A stretch of DNA of 64,000 bases from an uncultured Pirellulales bacterium (GTDB lineage Bacteria > Planctomycetota > Phycisphaerae > Sedimentisphaerales > Anaerobacaceae). A model generated the notes under the pieces. The model was not told where the DNA came from and made no database searches. It saw nothing but the letters and a program-made list of their open reading frames with translations. Position 1 is the first letter of the stretch; each line of letters opens with the position of its first letter. The DNA lies in NCBI GenBank assembly GCA_964468375.1, contig CAYXUW010000001.1, forward strand, positions 28,322 to 92,321. The letters are read 5' to 3'. The position numbers and the translations under genes are program-made. Positions 23,106-32,921 of this stretch are shown here, in pieces.

Positions 23106-23747
23106 TTATACCTCGATTAAAGTAACTGTCCCATTGCCGATCATTTCATTAGGGCACACATTTTCATTTTCGTATTCACCGTAGGGGACACACCATTCTG
23201 TCCACGGACCGCCGTATGTGTCATAAAGAAATACACTACTGAACGGTGGAACAGGTGAACCCTTCGGTCCTTTGAAGTCGATTTTTAACTTCCAGTAATT
23301 TCCGCCACGCATTAGCCAAATTTTTCTGCTTGTTAGATTAACGGTGTAATCAATACCACCTCCACAGTTATCAAGATTATAATGAACGTAGGTACCGAAA
23401 TCATCGTAAACGACATTCGACCAGTAACAATAAGTCCACTGGTCCTCGTCGTCATAAGGCAGCCATAAGCCGGCGCTTTCACTCCATTCGAACCGGCCCC
23501 GCGAAAGCAGGGCCTCGCCGTCCCAGCCGATTCCCTGGTCGAGAAATTTATAACGGTCCAAACCGCCGCTGCCGCATTCTCCTACGCCAGCACAACACAG
23601 GATATTTTCTATCTCAGCTGCAACTGCTTCCGGCGCCGCTGACGGGTCAGGGCAATACTTGCACTGAGCTCCAGTGGTTAATATCTTTTTCGCTGTCGGG
23701 TCGTAGTGAATTTTCTTAAGCGCTGGGTCATACCATACTTTTAGCAT
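23106..23747 (-). CDS. Hypothetical tail-module protein
   Basis: 213 aa, rich in Trp, Cys and Gly. It is contiguous with the tail-tip genes. Confidence 0.6.
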   Translation of the reverse strand: MLKVWYDPALKKIHYDPTAKKILTTGAQCKYCPDPSAAPEAVAAEIENILCCAGVGECGSGGLDRYKFLDQGIGWDGEALLSRGRFEWSESAGLWLPYDDEDQWTYCYWSNVVYDDFGTYVHYNLDNCGGGIDYTVNLTSRKIWLMRGGNYWKLKIDFKGPKGSPVPPFSSVFLYDTYGGPWTEWCVPYGEYENENVCPNEMIGNGTVTLIEV

Positions 23748-24278
23748 TTAGCATTCTCCGTCCTTCGAAGAGTAGGGTATTTGTACCCAATACCACTTGC
23801 CCCTGATATTTTCACAAAATAAAATACTACCATTCTCAAAACGAGGCGCAATTACATTATAATTCGAGGCCTCACCAGGTACTTTGCGATATACATGGAT
23901 GCCGGAGCCCAGTCCTGATTCTATCTCTGCGCTATCGTTGCCGAAAAGGTTGCAAATAATATATTCCCTATCAGGTGCATCTTCAGTCACCTTGGCCATT
24001 CGCACCTCGGGTGTAATTGGCCGGCCGACATAATGAGTTACACCGTCGCCGTCAGTTATATCATACGCTATCATCCTGTCGCCGGCCGCCAGTGCCGACT
24101 CGGCACCTGAGATTACATTATTTTCCAACAGATTCAAAATCTCGACAGGGTCCTCACCGGCATCGATGAATCGGTCGCCTGAGGTAGCCGTCCATTTCGA
24201 GCCATCCAGGACAAGACGCTTGCATATATAAACGCCCGCCCCAATCGCCTCATCTATGATTTCGTAATTTAGTATCAT
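23748..24278 (-). CDS. Hypothetical tail-module protein (paralog of 24278..24913)
   Basis: 176 aa. It shares LAAGD..I...-TD.-GV...VG.P....VRM..V..D...-.I.CN..G.D.-E..SGLGSGI.V with the upstream gene. Confidence 0.65.
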   Translation of the reverse strand: MILNYEIIDEAIGAGVYICKRLVLDGSKWTATSGDRFIDAGEDPVEILNLLENNVISGAESALAAGDRMIAYDITDGDGVTHYVGRPITPEVRMAKVTEDAPDREYIICNLFGNDSAEIESGLGSGIHVYRKVPGEASNYNVIAPRFENGSILFCENIRGKWYWVQIPYSSKDGEC

Positions 24279-24913
24279 TATGTCGGTGTACAGGATTTGT
24301 TACAATTCTCTTGAAAAACCGTAACGAAATAAGGAGTCCCTGCCAAAACAACAATATACCCATAGCTGTTATTCTGCAGACGGGGGGCCACGCCGTTAAG
24401 CGGGCAGCTCTCCGGGCCGCTCGGGCCGCAGCCAACGCTTTTGACCGTAATGCCTGAGCCGAGGCCTGAGGTTTTCTCCTCGCCGTCGGCGCCTATCATA
24501 TTGCAGTTAATGGCAGGACTTGCTATCGGATCCTGCTTAATGCGAACCATTCGCACGCAGGGTACACAAGGATAGCCGACCCACCGCTTAACACCCTCAT
24601 CATCTGTATTTTCAAACGCCGAAATCAAATCACCCGCCGCAAGAGCCGGGACGTTATATGTAGTATAATTTTCAAAAAGATTTAATACTTCGTATTCCGG
24701 AGGGATGAATACGCCAAAGCTTGCCTGTTTATAGCATAAGTACACTCCAGTTGCTGAGCCGGCTTTCTGCTGCACCTGAAATAAATACATGTCGGAGACG
24801 GGACTAACGGTTGGCTGGGGTGGTTCAATTCTCAAAGGAGTTTTGTTCGTATCATTTTTTAACTGCTCAACATCTTGCGCAAGTTGATCTAATTGTCTTT
24901 TAAAATCAGTCAT
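24278..24913 (-). CDS. Hypothetical tail-module protein (paralog of 23748..24278)
   Basis: ATG 24913 lies 1 nt after the upstream stop; the ORF track opens at TTG 24925. 211 aa. Confidence 0.65.
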   Translation of the reverse strand: MTDFKRQLDQLAQDVEQLKNDTNKTPLRIEPPQPTVSPVSDMYLFQVQQKAGSATGVYLCYKQASFGVFIPPEYEVLNLFENYTTYNVPALAAGDLISAFENTDDEGVKRWVGYPCVPCVRMVRIKQDPIASPAINCNMIGADGEEKTSGLGSGITVKSVGCGPSGPESCPLNGVAPRLQNNSYGYIVVLAGTPYFVTVFQENCNKSCTPT

Positions 24914-24914
24914 A

Positions 24915-26972
24915 TTATTTCGCAAATATTCCGCTTATATCCAATTCGCCGTAATCTGTTCTGATTATTGTAGATTTTGATTGAAAATCCCATTGAATTG
25001 ATGTCACTGTTGATTTAACAGCTTCTGTGCCTGCAACATCAGAATTTGTGATTAATGTGCCCACCGGTATCCCGGGATCTATTTCTTTGATTGCAATTTC
25101 GACCTTATCATGTCGACGACCATACCACGCTGCCGCGGCATTAAGAGCTGCCCTTAATCGGCTCCTGTCGTCTCTCAACAGATTATCATCGCAACCGTAT
25201 TCAATTAACTCACCATCCTTATCAACACCCACAATTGTCCCCGGAACTATGTACCACAATTCAGCATCCGGAATGGTTATCAATAACGTTTTCTGATTTT
25301 CATAGTAATTAAATGCATGCACTATTCTTATACTCTGGTCCGTTTCAATAAAAACAGTCGCTATGATATATTCATAATCTATTCCTGATTCCTCGATTTT
25401 CGCTTCATATACTGCCGGCTCAGCTTCATCCCAGTGATCTTTTGCAGCCAAATATTGCGGATTAAACCTCATAGAAATAGCCATCTCTCTCGACAATACT
25501 CTCACTGCTGCGTAGTGTTTTAATCGTTTATCCGCATATTGATATTTACCTTCAGCACCCTTTACTAATATAAAAGGGGTGCGAAATTCTGGCTCCGCAT
25601 AATCAGGATTGTTATCGATTGGCTCTTTATCGCTGTAATCAACACCGACTTGGAATGGTAAACTGTTTGAGAACTTCTTGTCAGCATTCCAGAAGCCCGC
25701 CTGCCGTCCGATATCCAGCTCCCCCGCCGGATCCAGAAACGGATTGACTATTATATCACCACTTGAACTGGGAAGGCTCCAATCCCAGTCATGGGGCACC
25801 CTAAAGATTGTGAATACGCGATCAAATTTATCTTCTTTTCTGAACTTATCGTTCAATTCGCCTTTTTCTTGGTCACTCAGTCCGTTATATTCTTCTGACG
25901 TCTTGGCCGCATTTTTAAATGCCGTTTCTGCCTCCTCACTCCACCCCTTCTCAAGACTCGGATGAGAAGAATCACCTTCCATATCAAAGTGCAAACTGCA
26001 GCAGCTTTTCATTTTACCGCCCTGTACCACAATCCGATCGTAAACATGAGTAATGTCCCTTTTGATATCCACTTTTATCTGCTCTTTTTTTGTCCATAGA
26101 TCGGGCGCTACTATATTAAAATTCGCTGGCATAATAACCTCGTCCAGCTTAATGCTTTCATCTAAAAGGGAGAATGGCACGATATCAACTAAATTGCCGG
26201 TAATCACAACATGCCATCCGAGCCCGCGCCCCCTATTTATCAGATGATTGATTGCTATTCTTGTCTTCGTTGTTCTAAAGTCATAAATTCCTGTGATATT
26301 CTCAAGAGCTGTTTTAATTTCGCCGTTTGCTGCAAGGTGAAATTCTGGCCCGTTCTCATAATTATAATGAGCCAGAAAATACTCAATTATATCGTAGTTG
26401 CTCCATAGTTCATCATCAGAAGAAAAAATATAGGTTAACTCTTCAGTTTCCCTCATAAAAGAACGATTACCTATTATATTGCCGCCGAACTGATGCCTTC
26501 GGTTGAATATTGGCAAGTGATCAATCCATTCTGGCTCATCTTCACCCGGATTTTTCACCCAGGCACCATCAAGCCAGGTATCTAATAGCGTTTCCAGCCC
26601 CCAGGCTTGTATTGTCTGGTCAGTGATTTTGACATTGCCGCTTTGACCAAGCAGTCTTAGCACTTCCGCTTGTATCAGTCCTGTCCACAACGCCGATTCA
26701 TTATTTCCTCTCTGCGAGCGTATTTGTATATAACAGTAAAGAAAAGACTCAACTTGCCCTCCATCTATCATCTGCTCCATATCTTCCCATTTGCCCTGAC
26801 CATATCTCGTTCTTAGGGTCGCGTGGCTAGTGCTCGGCGCTATAGACAACGATGCTTCAAGCGGCTCAAAGTATGGCGCATATATCCATGCATCCGTCCA
26901 GTTCCATTTATAGTAAACTGCATAGCGAATTTTACCATTCAATGTATTTTTATCAGGTGATATAACCGCCAT
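24915..26972 (-). CDS. Large tail-tip/baseplate-type structural protein (by position)
   Basis: 685 aa, tightly packed downstream of the tape-measure block. Confidence 0.6.
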   Translation of the reverse strand: MAVISPDKNTLNGKIRYAVYYKWNWTDAWIYAPYFEPLEASLSIAPSTSHATLRTRYGQGKWEDMEQMIDGGQVESFLYCYIQIRSQRGNNESALWTGLIQAEVLRLLGQSGNVKITDQTIQAWGLETLLDTWLDGAWVKNPGEDEPEWIDHLPIFNRRHQFGGNIIGNRSFMRETEELTYIFSSDDELWSNYDIIEYFLAHYNYENGPEFHLAANGEIKTALENITGIYDFRTTKTRIAINHLINRGRGLGWHVVITGNLVDIVPFSLLDESIKLDEVIMPANFNIVAPDLWTKKEQIKVDIKRDITHVYDRIVVQGGKMKSCCSLHFDMEGDSSHPSLEKGWSEEAETAFKNAAKTSEEYNGLSDQEKGELNDKFRKEDKFDRVFTIFRVPHDWDWSLPSSSGDIIVNPFLDPAGELDIGRQAGFWNADKKFSNSLPFQVGVDYSDKEPIDNNPDYAEPEFRTPFILVKGAEGKYQYADKRLKHYAAVRVLSREMAISMRFNPQYLAAKDHWDEAEPAVYEAKIEESGIDYEYIIATVFIETDQSIRIVHAFNYYENQKTLLITIPDAELWYIVPGTIVGVDKDGELIEYGCDDNLLRDDRSRLRAALNAAAAWYGRRHDKVEIAIKEIDPGIPVGTLITNSDVAGTEAVKSTVTSIQWDFQSKSTIIRTDYGELDISGIFAK

Positions 26973-28904
26973 TTATATACTCTCCGCCGCTTCTCCCAAA
27001 AAAGTTCTGCCGGTCGGTTTGTTCGGTCCTTCATCGGACGCTGTGCAGGAATAAATATCAGTGTTAATACTATCTATTGATTCTTCGCCGGCAATAATTC
27101 TTGTCCTCACAAGTACTTTCAAAATATCTTCGTTATCAGCAGACGGACTTGTCCATTTAAGAACAGCCCTATTATTTAGTTTGTTCATTGCTATTATTAC
27201 CGGCTCGTCAACATCCGGGTTTGGGTCACTTCCATCATCTGTAAAATAAATAAGCCAGTGTGTAGCTGCATATTCATCATCATCGTCAAACAGGTATTGT
27301 GCTGTTACATAACCGGTCGCACCTGCTGCAGGCGTGATATTTACATCCAACGGGGCATCCGGATCTGGTATAATAAATTGGCCATCGGCATCAGTCTTTA
27401 TTTTCCAAGATGTTATATTCAATGAAACAAGGTTGTATTTATTTCTCCGTCGAGTAACCAAGTGCAGCTCAGCGGACGGTTCAACTGATGTCACATATGG
27501 CAATTCTACAAATGTCTCATCTGGTTCACCTTCGAGATCCGGTTCTTCGTCCACACCCCTATATAACTCGTATCTATCGAGCGAATTGTCTGCAATCCTG
27601 TAATGACCTTCCGCTTCGCCGCTCTTTGGCACTGGTACAATTTTAATTTTAGTTACACAATTAACTTCTTTCAGTTCACCGATATTTACCTGACCCGTCG
27701 GCGATAATGTAATGCCCGCTTCGGCAGCTGCCTCGGTTACTTGTTTTTTATTCTCAGCCGCTGCCGGCGATAGTGTGATGCCCGCTTCGGCAGTCACCTC
27801 GGTTACTTGTTTTTTATTCTCCGCTGCCGCCGGTGATAATGTAATTCCTGCCTCAGCAGTTACTTCTTTGATCTGTTTTTTTGTGATATCGCAAAGCTGC
27901 CACGCCAGTATATTATCGATAGACGGCGAAGCTGTTCTGCCCTCAACCACTTCCAGCCACAACCATATTCCAATCATCTCATCCGTATCGAGTGGTTCTA
28001 TATCAAGTCCTGTTGCCGGTGTAATTCCCGTCGACCATGATAATCCCGATACGGCATCCGTGTCATGTTCATCTTCACAGACCGTGAACTGGTCATCGAC
28101 CGGTTCTTCAGCCGCTATCTTAATTCCAGGCACCGCATCTAATGTATCATCTGCCGCACCTGCACTTTCACTTGTTCCCAGCAATCCTCTTCCTGTTGCA
28201 GGTACAGTCAGAACAGTATCCGTCCTTGATGAGTAATAAATGATTTCCCTTAAACTGCCACTGCTATCTGTTATTCTACAAAAACCTGTTGCCGGCCAGT
28301 CCACAAACGTTCCACTTGTCCCAATTGTTCCGGCTCCGGAACCGCCTAGCTGTGACGAATCACTTACTTGCTGCGTAGCCAATGTTTTAATCCATACTTT
28401 CAGGTTCCTAACTTCATTCCCCCCTAGATTTTTTATTGCCAGGCATCGAAGCTTGACTTGTGCTTCTCCGCTGGGTACATTCGACGAACCTATTGTATTG
28501 TTAAATACTGACACTAGTTTTATTGTAGTCGAACCAACTAAAGCGGCGGCCGTATGCCTGCTGATAATTATGTATTTCGCCAGGTCAGTTCCTGATTGGA
28601 GCATCTTTGTTTGCCCGTTGGCTATTTCAACGATTGCTCCCGGACTATCCCCAGGCGCAGACCACCGCATACTATCACCACTTATAGTTTCTAATAATCC
28701 CAATCCAAAGCCATTGGCCCCGCTAATCCTCTCTATTACAATTCCCTGTATCGACCAACTCGGAAGAAAGCCGATTTGCTCTTCACGAGTTGAGCTACGA
28801 TAATTCCCAAAGCTTAAATCAGGATCTTCCTGCGCACCACCATCACTGGTTGCGCCGGTTAGGAATAAGCCTAAGGCGTCCGAGAAGGTATATTGTTCCG
28901 GCAT
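26973..28904 (-). CDS. Tail fibre/host-interaction-type structural protein with internal tandem repeat
   Basis: 643 aa, Ser/Thr/Gly-rich. It contains 3 x 22 aa (EVTAEAGITLSPAAAENKKQVT). Confidence 0.6.
   Translation of the reverse strand: MPEQYTFSDALGLFLTGATSDGGAQEDPDLSFGNYRSSTREEQIGFLPSWSIQGIVIERISGANGFGLGLLETISGDSMRWSAPGDSPGAIVEIANGQTKMLQSGTDLAKYIIISRHTAAALVGSTTIKLVSVFNNTIGSSNVPSGEAQVKLRCLAIKNLGGNEVRNLKVWIKTLATQQVSDSSQLGGSGAGTIGTSGTFVDWPATGFCRITDSSGSLREIIYYSSRTDTVLTVPATGRGLLGTSESAGAADDTLDAVPGIKIAAEEPVDDQFTVCEDEHDTDAVSGLSWSTGITPATGLDIEPLDTDEMIGIWLWLEVVEGRTASPSIDNILAWQLCDITKKQIKEVTAEAGITLSPAAAENKKQVTEVTAEAGITLSPAAAENKKQVTEAAAEAGITLSPTGQVNIGELKEVNCVTKIKIVPVPKSGEAEGHYRIADNSLDRYELYRGVDEEPDLEGEPDETFVELPYVTSVEPSAELHLVTRRRNKYNLVSLNITSWKIKTDADGQFIIPDPDAPLDVNITPAAGATGYVTAQYLFDDDDEYAATHWLIYFTDDGSDPNPDVDEPVIIAMNKLNNRAVLKWTSPSADNEDILKVLVRTRIIAGEESIDSINTDIYSCTASDEGPNKPTGRTFLGEAAESI
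27698..27895. repeat. 3 x 66-bp in-frame tandem repeat
   Basis: Units start at 27698, 27764 and 27830. The first two are near-identical and the third is diverged. Confidence 0.85.
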
Positions 28905-28914
28905 AAAAATCCTT

Positions 28915-29436
28915 CTATGCTGCCGCAGCTGTTAATGTATAAGTTACCTTAAGAACATCACCATCAATGACTGCTTCATCGCCGCCATCAAATAACGCGG
29001 TGCAAAGCAATTTCCCGGATGTGCCGCCTTTAGTATTATCATTTGTAAGAAACATTCCTTTCATTGTTTCAGTCGCATTAATGAAGAAGGCGCATATTTC
29101 CGTGTTGGCTATTTGCTGGCTACTCGCCGCGGCGAATGTTATTTGCGGGCGGGCTGACTGACTGTATTCATCCCCTTCTTCCCATCCGGCATGGCTTGCC
29201 ATCGTATCACCCGCTGCCAAGGCAGAATAATTATCATCCCTGATAAGCCCGACATACCAGGACGGCTTTGTTTCAGAGCCGAGAACAACATCAAGCAAAT
29301 AATTCAGTCCTTCGTTTGTCGTTCCGTTTTTGGCAGTTTTCTTCCATTTCAGCCGACCGTTTTTGTCAAAACATGACACGGTAAAATATCCGGCAAACCT
29401 AAGACCACTGTTTTGATATTTTTCTGGTAATTTCAT
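28915..29436 (-). CDS. Hypothetical tail-module protein
   Basis: 173 aa. Confidence 0.6.
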   Translation of the reverse strand: MKLPEKYQNSGLRFAGYFTVSCFDKNGRLKWKKTAKNGTTNEGLNYLLDVVLGSETKPSWYVGLIRDDNYSALAAGDTMASHAGWEEGDEYSQSARPQITFAAASSQQIANTEICAFFINATETMKGMFLTNDNTKGGTSGKLLCTALFDGGDEAVIDGDVLKVTYTLTAAAA

Positions 29437-29451
29437 AAAATACTCCTGTAA

Positions 29452-30249
29452 TTATAAGTAACTTCCCAAGGTTACAGTCGCTGTTCCAGTAGCGCCATTA
29501 TGTGCGGCATATATCCCCTCCATTGGAGATACAGAAGGCCTTGCATAATATGGTCCCTCCTTATTGCCCAAAGCCGACGATATTATCCAGTTGTCCCCAT
29601 CAGACCAGATGAAATAACTGCCCCCCTCTATACGGTAATACTTTTCATTGTTGTAGATTCCGGTATAAAAATAATTACCTTCTATATTTGGCGTGCCAGT
29701 AGTTGTTGCAAAGCACATATCAGGTGGCTCATCCGTCTCATAGATTACAACCTGTTTTGAAACTTGTTCATAAGCATAATTTACACCAGGCACATCCGGC
29801 CTGCGAACCATAAGAACTGCAAATTCCTTTGCGGTGCCTTCATTACCATTTACCCCTATTGGCACTACTCTGAAATGATGAATCTGCCCATCTTCGAGAA
29901 ACCTGCTTTGCCATTGCAGATATCCGTTATTTTCCGGCATCTTTTTGCGCTCGGTCCATACTTCATCGATTTTTTCATCCACTCTATAATAATCTGTTCC
30001 TTCCACAAAAAACCACCCTAGCCGGGTTTTGCCAGGGAATACTTGCATTGGCTGAATATCTGAATCGTCCAACACCTCCACTACCGATGATTCATCCAAA
30101 TTCAGCGCAATGGTATATGACGTTTGTTGCGTTTCCGCGATAAGCACACCATCAAGGTATATATAAAATGTCGGATCCTCCTTGTCGCTCGAGTAGCTAA
30201 GTTCCCAGCTATATGCTCCAGTTCTGACAAATTTTATTATCGTTACCAT
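29452..30249 (-). CDS. Hypothetical tail-module protein
   Basis: 265 aa, beta-rich. Confidence 0.6.
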   Translation of the reverse strand: MVTIIKFVRTGAYSWELSYSSDKEDPTFYIYLDGVLIAETQQTSYTIALNLDESSVVEVLDDSDIQPMQVFPGKTRLGWFFVEGTDYYRVDEKIDEVWTERKKMPENNGYLQWQSRFLEDGQIHHFRVVPIGVNGNEGTAKEFAVLMVRRPDVPGVNYAYEQVSKQVVIYETDEPPDMCFATTTGTPNIEGNYFYTGIYNNEKYYRIEGGSYFIWSDGDNWIISSALGNKEGPYYARPSVSPMEGIYAAHNGATGTATVTLGSYL

Positions 30250-30251
30250 AT

Positions 30252-30638
30252 TTATCCCCCCGCACTTGTGGGCTTGACTACCCAGGCCGCCCTCACCAAG
30301 TAATCATTGCCCGCCGGCACAGGATTAATCATTTTTTGCGGTGGACCGGTCACTCTGACCTCGACTATCAGCACATCATTTACGCTTCTGCCCTGGTCGT
30401 CTTCTATAATGACTGTTTCGCCTTTCAGCGCCGCATAGTCATCCGGCCGGCCGTTGGCTGTTTCCAAACTGCTCAATCCTTCAATTGTGCGTAGAACCAA
30501 TTCTTCGGCTTTTAATGCGTTTGCACGAAAAGCTACTCCGTCTGTCCCCGGCCTGTCGATTATTTGAATGTCCGAGGCCAATAAGGGTATCTGTGGCCCT
30601 TCTATTCGCAAAAAATCAAATGAACTTATACTGCCCAT
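30252..30638 (-). CDS. Hypothetical tail-module protein (immediately after the tape measure)
   Basis: 128 aa. Its start overlaps the TMP stop by 1 nt. Confidence 0.6.
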   Translation of the reverse strand: MGSISSFDFLRIEGPQIPLLASDIQIIDRPGTDGVAFRANALKAEELVLRTIEGLSSLETANGRPDDYAALKGETVIIEDDQGRSVNDVLIVEVRVTGPPQKMINPVPAGNDYLVRAAWVVKPTSAGG

Positions 30639-32338
30639 TATTCATCCGGCCCGAGTCGGGCTGAAGTAACTCCCGTGGTCATTTTTTCTACAAATTGATC
30701 GATTGCTTCTGTATTCCTTTTAAGGGCTTTTGTATGTTCTTCCATTGCTTCAGCAATTCCATAGTAAGCTTCTATGCCCCGTGTATAATGCTTTGGCCTC
30801 CCTATTCCGCCTGCCAGCCCGGCCTCTCTTGCCACCATTTTCCTGAATTCATCTGTTGCTAATTCACCCTTTCTGCCTACTAATTCAAAACCCTCTGTGG
30901 CTTCGTAAACATCTTTTAGATAATCAGGCCGTATACTAAACGGCGAAGGTTGATACGTTTGACGATATAATCGCAGCAATCTGTTCCTCTCCGGAGAACC
31001 CGCCTCGGACTCTTTTATAGCCAATAATAAATTTTCCTGTAAAACATTTTGAGCCATATTAAACATCCGGAATTTTTCGGGAGTAAGCCCAAAACGTATT
31101 ATGTCCCCCCATCCTCTGACGTTCGCATCGGCCTGCTTAATCGTTTCGGTAGTTATCTCGCTTAATACTGCGAACGGGCTTTTCTTTTCACCCGTTGTTG
31201 CAGCTCCTGTTTCGGCGAACGTTGCATGACGTGTTTTAACGGCCAATGGTAATCTTTGGAATTGTTCTGCCATTACATCTACAATATCGCTTGACACTTT
31301 TTCCATAATTGCAGGCAGCACTTCCTCGTATTTGCGTCGTGAAGTCGCGCTGAACATTTGCTGAAAATACTGGTACCCCTTGCCACCGACTGCCAATTTA
31401 AATACATCCTCCGCCGCCGGTCCTTTTTCGCGGGCTTCTTCGTAAAGTCCGGCTGTGAACCAGTAGCGCTCCACCGCCCCCATTTCCCCCCATTCCTTTC
31501 CTTTTCTGGCCGCTTCTCCTGATAGATATTCATGCGCTTTTTTGGACCTTCCGGTTCCATACAGCATCGATGACATTAACGTTTGACCTGATTTCTCCAA
31601 ACCGGCCGCTTCTATTGCGGTTGTCAGCAAAGCAAGCGTCTGGGCGAGAGTAAAGCCGTATTCCTTGGCCGTCGACTGCACCGTCATAAGCTGTGGTATA
31701 TATTGCCCCACATCTGCCAATGACGCTTTGGTTCCTCCGTAAACCGCAGAAAATAGTTCCGACTGTTCTTTGGGCGTGGCGGCTTCCCATTTTTTAATCA
31801 CCGCCGGAATAAGCGCAAGCTCCTCCGGCTGAATCCGGGCCGGTCCTGCAAATTTTAAAGCTGCTTCCGCCGCCGTTATTGCGGCGGGACCTGTTCCCAG
31901 CGCAGATTCCATATAGAATTTTAACGAAGCGGCCGTACCGAACGGGACGGATGTTTTTAGTGCCAAGGCCTCAGTTTCTTTTCTGATTTTCTGTATATTT
32001 CCTAACGATACATCGCCCCGAAGATGTGCCAGTTTAAGTATGCGCTCCTCATTCGTAAGGGCTATATCGTACATTTCTTTTTGCGATTGTTTTATTTTTT
32101 CCGTCTCCTCGGAAACATTCCGCAGTCCCCTCACGAAAGTGGCGACGCTGGCGATTCCCGCCGCCCAGCCCATAATTGATTTGCCTATACCTTCCAGTGA
32201 CTGGCTGGTCTGCTTCCCCTGACGGCTCAGTTTTTTCTGGCCGTCAATGGCCTTGTTTTGAAGATCCACAACTTTGAGAAAGGCATTTACTGCCTTGGCC
32301 TCTTTAGCTTCTAAGACAAATGTGGTCTTCTGTCCCAT
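30638..32338 (-). CDS. Tail tape measure protein
   Basis: 566 aa, helical and Ala/Gly/Lys-rich with a hydrophobic segment (IMGWAAGIASVATFV). It lies between the chaperone-position genes and the tail-tip genes. Confidence 0.7.
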   Translation of the reverse strand: MGQKTTFVLEAKEAKAVNAFLKVVDLQNKAIDGQKKLSRQGKQTSQSLEGIGKSIMGWAAGIASVATFVRGLRNVSEETEKIKQSQKEMYDIALTNEERILKLAHLRGDVSLGNIQKIRKETEALALKTSVPFGTAASLKFYMESALGTGPAAITAAEAALKFAGPARIQPEELALIPAVIKKWEAATPKEQSELFSAVYGGTKASLADVGQYIPQLMTVQSTAKEYGFTLAQTLALLTTAIEAAGLEKSGQTLMSSMLYGTGRSKKAHEYLSGEAARKGKEWGEMGAVERYWFTAGLYEEAREKGPAAEDVFKLAVGGKGYQYFQQMFSATSRRKYEEVLPAIMEKVSSDIVDVMAEQFQRLPLAVKTRHATFAETGAATTGEKKSPFAVLSEITTETIKQADANVRGWGDIIRFGLTPEKFRMFNMAQNVLQENLLLAIKESEAGSPERNRLLRLYRQTYQPSPFSIRPDYLKDVYEATEGFELVGRKGELATDEFRKMVAREAGLAGGIGRPKHYTRGIEAYYGIAEAMEEHTKALKRNTEAIDQFVEKMTTGVTSARLGPDE

Positions 32339-32838
32339 TATCTATACATCCTTCTTTTTCTGATCATATTAAGCTGACCGCTGACTCTTTCGTTTAATCT
32401 CTTGGCCATTGCCACCGCTTCTCCTTTTGTTACTGCTGTTGCTTCGGCAGCCATGTCCGGATGCACTGAACCGCCTGGCTTGACTGCAACTCCTGGCTTC
32501 CATGTTGGCCTCATCCAGAAATATCTCGGCGCCTTCATAACTCCTTTTGCTATTTTGGAAGTTCCGCTGACCCTGACACTTCGCATCAGCATTCTCTTGG
32601 ACTTGCCGGTGTATTCAAGAGGACCGGCCATTGGTTTTTCTTTTGCTTTGCGGCGAGTATATCTAATCGTCCTCGGAAGATATTTATATTTACGTTCTGC
32701 TCCTTTCTTAAAATGGTGCGGTAAAATTTTCCGATGCCAGTTTGTTACAAGTTCTACAAGTCCTGCTTTTACGAGTTGTCTGAACTCCTTCGGCAGGTCT
32801 TTTCCTCCCCCTTCGATTACAAGCATGCCTCGTATCAT
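32338..32838 (-). CDS. Very basic hypothetical protein upstream of the tape measure
   Basis: 166 aa, Arg/Lys-rich. Confidence 0.55.
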   Translation of the reverse strand: MIRGMLVIEGGGKDLPKEFRQLVKAGLVELVTNWHRKILPHHFKKGAERKYKYLPRTIRYTRRKAKEKPMAGPLEYTGKSKRMLMRSVRVSGTSKIAKGVMKAPRYFWMRPTWKPGVAVKPGGSVHPDMAAEATAVTKGEAVAMAKRLNERVSGQLNMIRKRRMYR

Positions 32839-32921
32839 TTATTATTCTGTACTCAGCCATTTCAAATCTGCGAACGTCGGGTAATACTCCTTCAGCAGGC
32901 CGGCTCTCCACATCTTAAATA

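Noticed and set aside
27698-27895. A possible CRISPR-like or non-coding repeat array
   Set aside because: The 66-bp units are contiguous with no spacers and in frame within a 643-aa ORF, so this is a coding tandem repeat. No CRISPR array exists anywhere in the window.
26973-28904. A diversity-generating retroelement targeting the fibre gene
   Set aside because: There is no reverse transcriptase gene and no template/variable repeat pair with A-specific mismatches anywhere in the unit.
31279-31790. Minus-strand out-of-frame ORFs inside the tape-measure gene (31279..31560, 31530..31790), plus 34054..34308, 35468..35698, 33082..33324 and 17422..17703
   Set aside because: They are nested in alternative frames of longer, motif-supported genes and have no independent signals.
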